A DNA stretch of 64,000 nt. Source: Williopsis jadinii (Eukaryota). The stretch is from NCBI GenBank assembly GCA_024346625.1, contig AP024667.1, positions 186,001-250,000 of the forward strand. The letters are read 5' to 3'. Below the pieces are notes generated by a model, which had not been told where the DNA came from, made no database searches, and saw nothing but the letters and a program-made list of their open reading frames with translations. Below are positions 33,533 to 44,071 of the stretch, one piece after another (the first letter of the stretch is position 1; each line of letters opens with the position of its first letter). The position numbers and the translations under genes are program-made.

Positions 33533-34511
33533 ATGGACCCTCAAGAGCTCACACACGCGACAATCTCGAACGGATGGTTCAGAGAAGTGAGCGATGAATC
33601 GTTCCCAGGACAGGCGTTGGAACTGCGCGTGAAGAAGATCCTATACACGGGCAAATCAGCATTCCAGGATGTGAGTGACACACTTGTTACATTTCGAGAT
33701 GTGGTGCATTACTAACAGATGGCCTCGACTTGCGGAGGAGCGCAGGATGGGAGGTGCTGTGTTATAGATCCTAGTGTTTGAGAGTACAGACTATGGTAAT
33801 GTTTTGGTGCTTGACGGCATTATCCAGGTATCTGAGCGTGATGAGTTCGCGTACCAAGAGATGATCACACATATCCCATTGCTATCTCACCCGGATCCTA
33901 AACGTGTCCTGGTCATAGGAGGCGGAGATGGTGGTGTCTTGAGAGAAGTGCTGAAGCATCCAGGTGTGGAGGAGCTAATCCTGGTTGAGATTGATGCCAC
34001 TGTGATCGAGCTGAGTAAGAAGTACTTGCCAAACATGAGTAAGTCATTTGACGATCCAAGAGTGAAGGTGGAACTGTGCGATGGATTCAAATATCTCCAA
34101 GAGAACAGCAAGAGATTTGATGTTATCATCACGGACTCGTCAGACCCAGATGGCCCTGCAGCTGTCTTCTACGAGAAGAACTACTTCCAATTACTTCACG
34201 AGTGCCTCTCTGATAGAGGTATTGTGATAATGCAGGCTTCAGAGAACGTCTGGCTGAAGATCGCATTGCTGCAGAGGCTTAAGGGATTGATGAAACAGGT
34301 ATTCCCAGTGGTTGAGTATTGCTATACCATGGTTCCAACGTACACTTCGGGACAATTAGGGCTAATGATATGCTCAAAGGATGAGACCCTTGATTTGAAA
34401 ACACCAACTAGAACGATGCCCAATGAGGACGAACTGTTCAAGTACTACAACGCAGATATTCACAAGAGTTCATTTGTATTACCAACATGGGCAAAGAAGT
34501 ATTTGAAATGA
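33533..34511 (+). CDS. SPE4: Spermine synthase; two exons 33533-33670 + 33768-34511
   Basis: [12 protein letters not shown], spliced [43 protein letters not shown] (Spe4-type); next to RMP1 as in S. cerevisiae. Confidence 0.88.
33671..33767 (+). other. Spliceosomal intron of SPE4 (97 nt, phase 0, distant 3' splice site)
   Basis: GTGAGT donor, TACTAAC 33710-33716, TAG 33765-33767 is the acceptor that restores the conserved protein. Confidence 0.85.
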
Positions 34512-34553
34512 CGAGGCGGACACATATACATACACATATATAAATGATAGAAT

Positions 34554-35069
34554 TTAACCAAATATATCATCAATTGCCGACCTTTTCTTCTTCTTCTTGT
34601 TCTTCTTCTCTTTATCTCTCCCTTTCCTCTGCGTCTTGTGCTCAATGGGCACAACCTTTGCAGCCATCACATCCAGCTCTTCAGTTTCAATAACTTGGCC
34701 CAGGTCATCATCTGTAGGAACAATCTCCAATTTTGAAACGACAGGCTTTGTCTCATACACAACCCCAAGACCGTCAATACACTTATTTATCCGTGCCAGC
34801 AATCCCAGCAGGACCAATCCAAGTGTGACAAACTGACCCAGGGATATGATGTTGTTAAATGCCCTATAGCACCCCGGTATTATGTGCAGTTTCAGCTTCT
34901 TCACCAGTGGTTGTAGCCTTAGTCTATCGGGGAGACATAATACCTTAGTCAGCGTTCTCTTCAAGCTGTTCAGCCATTTCCACCAAGTCGTTACCCTGTG
35001 TTGGTTCTTATTTCTATGGTACAGGATTCTCAACAGGGAGAACTCATGTTGAAGCTCAGCGGTGTCCAT
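34554..35069 (-). CDS. RMP1: RNase MRP-specific subunit
   Basis: LYHRNKNQHRVTTWWKWL, LGQFVTLGLVLLG, KKKKKRSAIDDIFG. Confidence 0.92.
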   Translation of the reverse strand: MDTAELQHEFSLLRILYHRNKNQHRVTTWWKWLNSLKRTLTKVLCLPDRLRLQPLVKKLKLHIIPGCYRAFNNIISLGQFVTLGLVLLGLLARINKCIDGLGVVYETKPVVSKLEIVPTDDDLGQVIETEELDVMAAKVVPIEHKTQRKGRDKEKKNKKKKKRSAIDDIFG

Positions 35070-35171
35070 AATGGTTGATTTCTGGGGAGAGTTATTCCAT
35101 CTGTTTGGTGAAGATAAAATTTTGAGACTTTGGGCCTAGGGACTCATCGGTCCGGGGCACACTGCTGGTGC

Positions 35172-35237
35172 GACTACGACCATGACCATGACTATGACTA
35201 TGACTATGACCATGACTACGACTACGACTACGACTAC
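35172..35237. repeat. Degenerate hexamer microsatellite (GACYAY)11
   Basis: gactac/gaccat/gactat units between CWC15 stop and RMP1 promoter. Confidence 0.9.
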
Positions 35238-35268
35238 CACCATCTTCGTATTCACGTAGTCTATGATT

Positions 35269-35805
35269 TCATCTTATGAACTTGTCCATAAACTTCTGAT
35301 GTTCATCTGACCGTAGTAGATCGTTCACGTACTCACCGTCCTTCTTCTTTGACGTTTCCTTGAACATGGTATCTTGTCTCCAGCTTTTGCGAGGTTTGGC
35401 CTTCTCCTGCTGCATCTTGGCCTCCATCTGCTCGAGCTTCCTCTGTTCCTCCCTCTCTTGCTTGATCTTCTGTAGTTCTCTCATAAGTTCAGCTTCGTCT
35501 TCGCTGTCAGTATCGGAGTCGTGGGCATCGCTGGCCTCACCGTCACTGGCTTCACTGGCACCGTCACCATCAGCATCACCGTCAGCATCACCGTCACCGT
35601 CACCGTCACCACGGCCCTCCCTCTCCTCCAGCTCCTCCACCCTCCGTCTCTTCACCCCCAGCTCCTCCTTCAACTCCTCCAAATGACGCCGTCCGGCCCT
35701 GTACTTCAACTGCTTATGAGACGGCTGGTCCCTCGAGTGCAATATCGACGTCTGAACATCTCTTCCTTGTCTCGATTCCAGCGCTGGCTTGTGATTCGTC
35801 GTCAT
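35269..35805 (-). CDS. CWC15: Splicing factor Cwc15
   Basis: MTTNHKPALE start, HSRDQPSHKQLKYR, KSWRQDTMF, YVNDLLRSDEHQKFMDKFIR. Confidence 0.92.
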   Translation of the reverse strand: MTTNHKPALESRQGRDVQTSILHSRDQPSHKQLKYRAGRRHLEELKEELGVKRRRVEELEEREGRGDGDGDGDADGDADGDGASEASDGEASDAHDSDTDSEDEAELMRELQKIKQEREEQRKLEQMEAKMQQEKAKPRKSWRQDTMFKETSKKKDGEYVNDLLRSDEHQKFMDKFIR

Positions 35806-36046
35806 CTCGTCTCCCTTGGGCCCTGTTCTCTGTACACTGTCCACCAGTCCCAGCTCGTCGTTCCAGCTTGCGGTCACCCTAGGCGGGACGGGGAGTTTTT
35901 TAGGCAGGACAAGCCAGGCAAGCAGGCCAGGAAAAAAACAAAAACAAAACCTAGCACTGTGCCTATATTAAGCACACACACACAAAGGACGAGCAACTAC
36001 CAGGGGAACAGGGCCTGGAGAGCGTGGAACGAAGGACACGAACAAG

Positions 36047-36613
36047 ATGAGCATATCGGTAAGGGATTTTGCCTACTCAAGCGACTGTGAGCTGCATTAT
36101 TCGTCGTTTGAGCCTGCGGACGAGCCTCCCTGGGAGGATGAAACTGGTGAAGAGGATGGTGAAATAGCGGGCAGTGCCGTTGCACTGTTCGACTTTACGC
36201 CTGAGAACGACAATGAGATTGGGCTCACCATGGGCCAGATCGTGTGGATCAACTATCGGTATGGACAGGGGTGGCTCGTTGCGGAGGATGACAAGGGTGA
36301 GATTGGGCTGGTGCCTGAGGAATATGTCCAGCTGCTGGAGAGCCAGCAGTCCGAGAGCCAGCAGTGGAAGAGCCAGCAGTGGAAGAGCGATGAGAGCGAG
36401 CCGGAGGGCGAGGCCAGGCAGATGTACGCAGAGCTGACGGAGAGGGAGAGTGACTGGGAAGACGAGGAGGTTGGAGAAGAGAGTGGGAAAGGAAGCGTAC
36501 CGAGGTACACTTCAAGGGACGATGACGATACGACCATAACGACTATAGACATTGGAACGGACAATTTACAAACTACGGATGGAACAAACTTAATAAAAGA
36601 TTTATCAATATGA
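36047..36613 (+). CDS. NBP2: SH3 adaptor Nbp2
   Basis: ISVRDFAY, AVALFDFTPENDNEIGL, YRYGQGWLVAE, GLVPEEYV; between CWC15 and ACL4. Confidence 0.88.
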   Translation: MSISVRDFAYSSDCELHYSSFEPADEPPWEDETGEEDGEIAGSAVALFDFTPENDNEIGLTMGQIVWINYRYGQGWLVAEDDKGEIGLVPEEYVQLLESQQSESQQWKSQQWKSDESEPEGEARQMYAELTERESDWEDEEVGEESGKGSVPRYTSRDDDDTTITTIDIGTDNLQTTDGTNLIKDLSI

Positions 36614-36625
36614 CAACGAGGCGAA

Positions 36626-37645
36626 TCACTCCTCGATCTCGTTCTCCCAGTTGTCATCATTAATTGAATCATCTTCAAGGGCCAGCTCCACGCCAGAGAG
36701 ATGCGCCAACAGATCGGTTGCCTGTTGCAACATCTCTGGATCAACTTGCTGCACCTGTGAAAGTTTCATCACTTGTTCAAGAGATAATTTGGCCAGGATG
36801 GCATTCTCTTCGAAACCTTCAACTCCATCGATGATGAAGTGATCAAATTGATCGGCGTCAAACGATTCAAATTGCTTAAAATATTGGGTCTTTTTAATGT
36901 ACAGATAATTAGCAAAACCTTCCAAGTAGTAACTCTCAACGTTATCGCTATCGATGTCACGTATGGACGCAAGTACATCCATCGTGAGCTCAAACAGCGA
37001 CAGTTCAATGGAGATCTTTGCAAGTGAGATCAAAGGCTGAACCAGCTCCAGATATTCAACGTTGAAGCCTGGCTCCTTCTCCAAACCCTCCTTCTTAGAC
37101 TTGAACAGGATCCACGACTTGTTAACAGCCTCAATGGCCTCTTCGTCCCTCTGTTGTGAAATCCTGATGTTAGCCATTAAACTCCAGGTCTCTGGGTTAT
37201 TTGGGTCCAACTCAAGACATTGGGTGATCAACTCATCACATTTGGATTCAGCCTCTGGCAGCATACACAGATCAGTCATCCAAATCTCGATTTCGGCAAA
37301 CAGGCCTTGTGTCAATCTCTTGAGGTTGGCCTTCGAGTCCTGCGATAACACGGACACACCTCTATCTATGAGTTCTAGACCTTTAACACCCCCAATGATC
37401 TGTCCCAGGTAGAGAAACTTCTCACCACCGTGAGACCCTTCAGGGTCCAATTCCACCGCCTGTGTGAACTTCTCGTACGCCTTGTCAACTTTACCCAATT
37501 CCAAGCACACCTCTCCGAAGAGTTGTAAGAACTGAGCATCTCTTTGGTAAGGTGATTGGTTTCTCTTGAGCAGCTTATACGCTTCTTGGAAGTCCGATTT
37601 GCCAATGAGATCCTGGCATTTCTCCGTGAGTTCTTCAAGATTCAT
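36626..37645 (-). CDS. ACL4: TPR assembly chaperone of Rpl4
   Basis: EKFLYLGQIIGG, EIWMTDLCMLPEAE, ANIRISQQR. Confidence 0.9.
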   Translation of the reverse strand: MNLEELTEKCQDLIGKSDFQEAYKLLKRNQSPYQRDAQFLQLFGEVCLELGKVDKAYEKFTQAVELDPEGSHGGEKFLYLGQIIGGVKGLELIDRGVSVLSQDSKANLKRLTQGLFAEIEIWMTDLCMLPEAESKCDELITQCLELDPNNPETWSLMANIRISQQRDEEAIEAVNKSWILFKSKKEGLEKEPGFNVEYLELVQPLISLAKISIELSLFELTMDVLASIRDIDSDNVESYYLEGFANYLYIKKTQYFKQFESFDADQFDHFIIDGVEGFEENAILAKLSLEQVMKLSQVQQVDPEMLQQATDLLAHLSGVELALEDDSINDDNWENEIEE

Positions 37646-37993
37646 CCTTCCGCCTCTTTATATCTTGCTCCCCAGTCTCCAGTGGCGACTCAACAGTGAA
37701 ACTTATGGCAAGAAACCCGAGTAAACGGTCAACAAGTTGTGACTGAAGAGCTCATCTCTTTCAGAGAAGCAGAGTGCGTATATAAAAAATTTGATGGGTA
37801 ATTACATAATATCTTACATAATCATATATCACGTGATCACCGCGGCCCGTACCAGATAGTTTTTCCCACGCTTCCTTCTTCCAATGGCTTCCAACACAAT
37901 GATCTCAACCGGTTTGGGCTGCCTTTGGAGAGGTTTACGTGGTTGTTTACGTAGTTGTTACCATTGTTCCCATTGTCTGTCAAGTGATACACC

Positions 37994-38695
37994 ATGGATT
38001 ACAAAGAGGAGCAACAGCAGGAGGTTGAGATCCTCCAATCGATCTATCCGGATGAGTTTGAAGCCGTTGACGATACGCATTTCAACATCACTCTGAGGCT
38101 GGAAACTGCCAGCGAGAGAACCCACCTGCTGATTCTTCATGTAACGTACCCTGAGACGTATCCAGAGTGTGTTCCAGAGCTCTCACTGGACCACGAAGTA
38201 TTAGAGCCGGAGGTTGAGTACGAAGAGGACGAGGATGAAGAGGACGAGGAGGACGCATCGCATCATAAGCCTGTAATCATTGCAGAGATTGTTGATTTTG
38301 AGCAGGCCGATCTGGACGAGTTCCTGGCCAAATTGAACGAAGAGGCAGAGGAGCAGGTTGGGATACCATCTGTCTTTGCTCTCTGTTCGAGCTTGAAAGA
38401 CATTGCTGAACAGTCATTTGAGGCCAAAGTCGAGCAGAGGCAGAAGAAGCACGATGAGGAGCTCCTGGCCAAAGAGCGTGAGGAGCAGAAGAAGTTCTAC
38501 GGTACCAAAGTTACAAAGGAGTCGTTCAATGAGTGGAGAGAAAAGTTCAGGAAGGAGATGGGAATCGACAAGAGAATTGAAGAGAGAAAGAAACTATACC
38601 ACGGAGGGAAACTTACAGGTAAGGAGATATTCGAGAGAGGTCTTGCGGGTGACGAAGACGACATCAACATCAAGGACTTGACAATTGAGGATTGA
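37994..38695 (+). CDS. GIR2: RWD domain protein Gir2
   Basis: MDYKEEQQQEVEILQSIYPDE, YPETYP, GTKVTKESFNEWR, KLTGKEIFE. Confidence 0.93.
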   Translation: MDYKEEQQQEVEILQSIYPDEFEAVDDTHFNITLRLETASERTHLLILHVTYPETYPECVPELSLDHEVLEPEVEYEEDEDEEDEEDASHHKPVIIAEIVDFEQADLDEFLAKLNEEAEEQVGIPSVFALCSSLKDIAEQSFEAKVEQRQKKHDEELLAKEREEQKKFYGTKVTKESFNEWREKFRKEMGIDKRIEERKKLYHGGKLTGKEIFERGLAGDEDDINIKDLTIED

Positions 38696-38742
38696 GCCGA
38701 ACAAGGAGCACAATAACGGTAAATAAACGTGACAATAGAACT

Positions 38743-39579
38743 CTACTCTTGGTGACTATCAGTGTATTGTACGTCGTTGAGCTCCTCCTCATCGAATAGG
38801 GACTCGCCGGCCTGGCCAGACCCTATGACCCCATAATCACCCGGTAACACCTCCTTAGGACGAGCCATGTGGCTCCATTCCGTCCTGATCTCGTTCTTCA
38901 GGTTCGAATTCGCCATCTTGTGACGATCCATCTGTTTCACCTTGAAGTCCTGCATGAACCCGGGGACGTCATCATCAAAGTTCTTCTTGGGCTCGATGGG
39001 CCCGTTTTCTATACCTTCTTGCGACTGTAACTTCATGAATATCAATCTCTGTGAGTCTCTGAACTCGTGGTCCTTCAGTAACCGTACCAGCTCATCTCTT
39101 TTCTTACGCAGGATTTCCCGATGCTCCTTCTTTTGCAAACCCTTGGTCGTCACATCACTCTCATCCACAGCGTAGTTACCAATCTCCTCGAGCAGCGACA
39201 TGTGGTCTCCTATCACAGGCACGACAGTGTCATCTGCTGTTATCACCAGGTACTCCAGCACCTTCAGACACTTGAACACGATTCTCCACTCCGAGCCCAT
39301 GTTCAAGTAGTGCACTGCCCGCGAGTAGTAGCTCGACTGTGCTGCGCCACCATACGACTGGACGTACTCCGCTATTCTATTGGCTATCAGCGAGATGACG
39401 AACTCTGGCTCACTGTTTATCAGCAGGTCCTTCACCTGGTCCATCTCCTTCACCGTGGGCCCCCATGGATCCGTCGTTGTGGCCTGTCTCACAACAGTGA
39501 GCTCTGGCTGAGGGTCAGAAACCAGGTAGTTTTGCACTGCACGGGCCTTCTTACGAATGTCGTACAACGAGAATGACAT
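38743..39579 (-). CDS. ENT5: ENTH-domain clathrin adaptor (Ent5-like)
   Basis: VRQATTTDPWGPT, EWRIVFKCLKVLEYLV; position between GIR2 and CPR1 matches ENT5. Confidence 0.7.
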   Translation of the reverse strand: MSFSLYDIRKKARAVQNYLVSDPQPELTVVRQATTTDPWGPTVKEMDQVKDLLINSEPEFVISLIANRIAEYVQSYGGAAQSSYYSRAVHYLNMGSEWRIVFKCLKVLEYLVITADDTVVPVIGDHMSLLEEIGNYAVDESDVTTKGLQKKEHREILRKKRDELVRLLKDHEFRDSQRLIFMKLQSQEGIENGPIEPKKNFDDDVPGFMQDFKVKQMDRHKMANSNLKNEIRTEWSHMARPKEVLPGDYGVIGSGQAGESLFDEEELNDVQYTDSHQE

Positions 39580-39864
39580 CTTGCTTATTCACAGTGGAGG
39601 AGGCCTCCATGAGCCAATGACGACAGGAGGAGGAGAGTCAGAAAACGAAAACACTCCAGTGCAAGCTCTGGGAGGAAATAACGGCAAGGTATCAAAGTCC
39701 CGGATGTACGTACGCAGCCCTACCAAGCAGCTGTAAGTAATTACACATCTACAAGGGAAAATAAAGCGTATGGAAGCATCAATTGATTCTTTATACACAC
39801 TTTAACCCATTTCGGGAAGGACCATATACAAGGCTAGCTTCTCTTATAACAGAGGTTGGGCCAT

Positions 39865-40590
39865 TTACAACTCACCAGAGTCGGAGACGATGAGCTTGGT
39901 CTTGGTGGCACCGGATTGGGAACCGAGAGACTCAATCTTCTTGACAACGTCAAGACCGTCAATAACCTCACCAAAGACAACGTGCTTGCCATCCAACCAT
40001 GGGCATGGGACGGTGGTGATGAAGAACTGGGAGCCGTTGGTGTTTGGGCCAGCGTTGGCCATGGACAACAAACCTGGTCTGTCGTGTCTCTTAGCAAAGT
40101 TCTCGTCGGCAAACTTCTCGCCGTAGATGGACTTACCACCGGTACCGTTACCTCTGGTGAAGTCACCACCTTGCAACATGAAGTCTGGGATCACTCTGTG
40201 GAATGGAGAGCCCTTGTAGCCAAAGCCCTTCTCACCAGTACACAAGGCTCTGAAGTTCTCAGCAGTCTTTGGGACAACATCGTTGTACAATTGGAAGGTG
40301 ATCTTACCGAGTGGCTTACCTAGGTCGACGCCAGTTAGTACAATGTTGTAGTCTCGAGAGATTACACCTTCAATTGGCCATGGCAAAGCAATTGACCCTC
40401 CTCAGTATGAGCGCATTGCCACCAAAAGGACAGCACAACCACATGGTGCCCCCCTCCGCGGCCTCGAGCTTCACTGCGACGGAAACCCACTGACAAAGCC
40501 CAGGCCAATGGGCATCACCACGGCCAATTGAAGCGTTCACCGGCACACAGACTTACCGTCAGAGGTGACTTCAAAGAAAACTTTAGACAT
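39865..40590 (-). CDS. CPR1: Cyclophilin A; two exons 40590-40557 + 40319-39865
   Basis: Spliced [60 protein letters not shown]. Confidence 0.96.
40320..40556 (-). other. Spliceosomal intron of CPR1 (237 nt, phase 1), highly structured
   Basis: GTAAGT donor at 40556, TACTAAC 40340-40334, TAG 40322-40320; internal inverted repeat 40368-40383/40518-40533. Confidence 0.92.
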
Positions 40591-40854
40591 CTTGTTATTA
40601 ACTCAAGTGGAATTGTAGTTCTATCGAAAGAGAGAGGAGGAAGAGTTGCTGAGATGGAAGAGAAAACGTTTCAAAAGTGGCAATTTTCGTCCTTCGATGG
40701 GGGGCCGGCGACGAACGGGGGGAAAACTGCGGTACGCGCACGTCGACGTCATATTACGTAAGCACAGAGGTAGGGTAACACTAGGGCTGACACATGGTAT
40801 ACACAGTGTATAGATAGATATACACAATATATATGTATCCATAGCTATGATAGG

Positions 40855-42581
40855 TCATTTCCTGTCCAATGTGCCATGCAGCACATATTCCTTGATCAGC
40901 AGCATGCTCAGCAGCCCAGCAACACACGATAGCAGACAGAATTGGAACGATAGTTTACAACTGGTGTCGTAGGACTGCACCAGCGCACCTGTGATGAAGC
41001 TAGGCGCATCACCATGAACGTACTCAGAGCTGTGTGAAGCTTTGGCGATGATCGCTAGCAGCTCTTGTTCGTCATGGCCGTGTCCCAGGAATTGCATAAC
41101 GTTATGGTGCAGCGAGGAGTACAGCCTGTGTTGGAAGATGGCGGAGCCAAACGATACACCAAGGGTGGAGCCACATGATCTGAACAGATAGGAGATCGAC
41201 GTTGTTGCTGCTTGGTGCTCATGAGGCACAGCAGCTATCAAAGCCAGCAGCGTAGCAGTGATGATCACGGATATCCCAAACCCTGGTGTGATCAGTAGGA
41301 AAAATTGGGCCCAAACAGGGTAGTCCGGGGTAATAGTGACGATTCTCCATGTACCAAATACCGCTAGAAGACCTGAAAGTAGCAGCAGCTTGTAGTACTT
41401 GCCGGTGGACCTCATGTAGTAGCCTGCCCGAGAGATCCAAGCACTATGGAGAAGAAGTTAGGTGCGAACCTGTAGCCAACCTGTTGTGGTGTTAGGTTCA
41501 TCACGGCCGTGTAGTAGATGGTGATGATGAAATATGAGTTGAAAGATGACATGCAAAAGAAGAAGTTTGACAGAGAGGCACCCAAGACGGTACGGATCCT
41601 CAAGAACTCCAGTGGTAAGATGGGGAACTTGGCCCTCTTCTCAGCTATGATGAAAATGACGAGGAAAGTGATGAATACCAACAGAAGTGATGTGCCTTTA
41701 ACAGTGAGGATCTTATCAGTTTCCAATGAAGTCAGCGTCAAGAAGGAGAGCAGTGTGATGACCAGTGTGAATGAACCGTACCAATCTATCAGCCTCAATT
41801 TGTTCATGACATCAACACCATGAACTCCCAATCCAGGAGAACCCTTGGGAAGTTTCAGCAACATATGGATGGAAACTGTACTCAGCACAGTGATGGGTAC
41901 TTGCATTAGGAAAGCACCTCTCCAGCCTCCTAGGATACGATTTGAGACAAAATAGCCCCCCACTAGCGACCCGACACCTGAACCAGAAGCGAATGCCAGG
42001 TTGTTTATTCCCTGGTAGATGCCCCTGGACTTCAATGGGATCAGATCGCTGGTGGTGATGCTTGTCATTGTTGTCAGTCCACCACCGCCTACGCCACTTA
42101 TAAACCTGCCCAGTATCAGAGCCAGCACATTAGGCGCCAATGCACACACCAAGCAGCCAACGAGGAACAGCACGTTGGCCAACAGCAACAGTGCTCGTCT
42201 TCCAAATATATCGCTGATCTTCCCATACAGGGGCTGGAAAGTCGCACTTGACAACAGATACGACGACGCTATCCATGAGAGCTTATCCAGAGAGTCAAAC
42301 TCTGCACTCATATCACCAATCAACGTGGTTATAATGGTCGAGTCCACAGCGGCAAGAAATATACTCAGCGACATCGAGCCAACAACAACGTTGGTTCGAG
42401 TCCACGACACGGGCTCACCATCTGCTACACCAGTGGTGCATTCCAAATCCGTGTAGGTGTTATCTTGTAACAGCTCTCTCTGTTCCAATTCTGAGGCTAT
42501 AAACCCAGGGATCTCACTCGAGGGGTCTAGCACGATATCCTTACGAATCCCTGGTATCAATCTTTCACTCTCTGAGGGCAT
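40855..42581 (-). CDS. 14-TM MFS DHA2 transporter (Vba1/Vba2-like), one apparent frameshift near 41428
   Basis: FLAAVDSTI, QPLYGKISDIFGRR, SDLIPLKSRG; adding one G to the GGG run joins the two ORFs as GSLG-AGYYMRSTGKYY. Confidence 0.85.
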
Positions 42582-42925
42582 GGACAACAAATCAGCAGAA
42601 ATAAAGGGTATTTAACCAACGTGTCCACCGTCCACGAGATATAGCTAATTGACAAAGAAGTGCGTTGTGTGAGCCTTTTTCTTATTGCCGGAGCTGCTGC
42701 CCAAATCGGGACTAATAGCCGAAGCCAACGGTTACCACGGTGAAGCGTGTGTATAAGCCGTGTGGCTTCTTCAATCTACAGGTAAAAACCACTTGTATAA
42801 TCGTTTATAATGTATGGACTGTGATAGTATGTACAAGTTTCCATTCCCATGTTGCTGTATGCTATAAAACCAAAAAAAACGCACAATATAGTTCCTCAGA
42901 TATCCCCAATAGTTATAGTAGTCAT

Positions 42926-43711
42926 TTAATCCCTCTTGAACGCCTTCTTAATCATATCGTAACACTCGTTAATAATAGATTTAGACACAAGCTCTGCATC
43001 CTCCAATAGCTTGTCCGTCTCCTTGTACAGTTCGTTTTTCAGCTTTTCAGCGTCGATGGACGCTGACAACTCGTCGACGAGTTCCTTCTTCAACTTCTCC
43101 GTCTCGTGGACAATCTCATTCTTGACGATGTCAATGGAGGTGTCAACACTCTTGACAACTTTATCAACAATCTTTAACTCTCTCAACTCATCCCACTGCT
43201 CGTTGAAAACCTTTAAGACGTTTTCAAAGCCCTGTTTACCCTTTTGGGCATTCTGATGGAATCTCTCTAGCGACCAGTCTTCGACTTTGTTACACACTCT
43301 CTGGAACGCACCGTACGCCGTGATCTTTGCCTCCTGGTTGAAGATCGTGATATTATGGTCATTCGGATGTGGTGTATATGTGACGGTTTCGAATACTTTC
43401 AACAAGTGGCACATTGTGAGATTGACGCTTCTCATGGTCAGCGTTTGGTTGTTAAGATCAACAACGCTAACCTCACGCACATAACTAACGTTCTTGCCAC
43501 CAACAATGTACTGCAGCCATGACGGGATACCTTGCTTGCAAGTGATCAATCTTTCAGTGGTTAAAACACTCTTGGACGGATCAAGTTCCCTTCTTAAAAC
43601 GTCAACTGCAACAACGTGGGTACTCATCTCATTGGGGTACTTACGCCAGTTGGCAGCAGTGACTTGGTCCCAAGGATAGTGGAATTGACAATCATTTTCA
43701 AACAGCTTCAT
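42926..43711 (-). CDS. UPS2: PRELI/MSF1 mitochondrial lipid transfer protein
   Basis: YPWDQVTAANWRKYPNEMSTHVVAVDVL, TERLITCKQ, FHQNAQKGKQGF. Confidence 0.9.
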   Translation of the reverse strand: MKLFENDCQFHYPWDQVTAANWRKYPNEMSTHVVAVDVLRRELDPSKSVLTTERLITCKQGIPSWLQYIVGGKNVSYVREVSVVDLNNQTLTMRSVNLTMCHLLKVFETVTYTPHPNDHNITIFNQEAKITAYGAFQRVCNKVEDWSLERFHQNAQKGKQGFENVLKVFNEQWDELRELKIVDKVVKSVDTSIDIVKNEIVHETEKLKKELVDELSASIDAEKLKNELYKETDKLLEDAELVSKSIINECYDMIKKAFKRD

Positions 43712-44001
43712 TGTTATTTTTACCAGCTTCTATTGACCCTTTGTAAGCCTAACAAACCGATCGTGTGAACAAAGGAAAGCAAAGGGAGAAGCCATAAGAA
43801 AATTATCCGCTTTAATACTCAGTGATAGAAAAAAAAGAAAGAAAAAAAAGTCTCGAGAGTTTCTGTGGAGCCGAGGCCCCGAGTTTTTCATGGGAACTGT
43901 AGCAACCAACTGTGAGCTTTGAAGGCGGGTGGCGGAGGGTATGCATGTGCCACGTGACTGTACACGTGACCATCTTTGATTGTTTCTACGGTTACCAGAA
44001 A

Positions 44002-44025
44002 CAACAACAACAACAACAACAACAA
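44002..44025. repeat. (CAA)8 microsatellite
   Basis: Intergenic perfect run. Confidence 0.9.
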
Positions 44026-44071
44026 CAGCTGAATAAATAACGATCTGAGAGTTGCCACTCTACGTCGAATT

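Noticed and set aside
41412..41440. Programmed ribosomal frameshift in the MFS gene
   Set aside because: No slippery heptamer or CTTAGGC-type site; same homopolymer pattern as other likely errors
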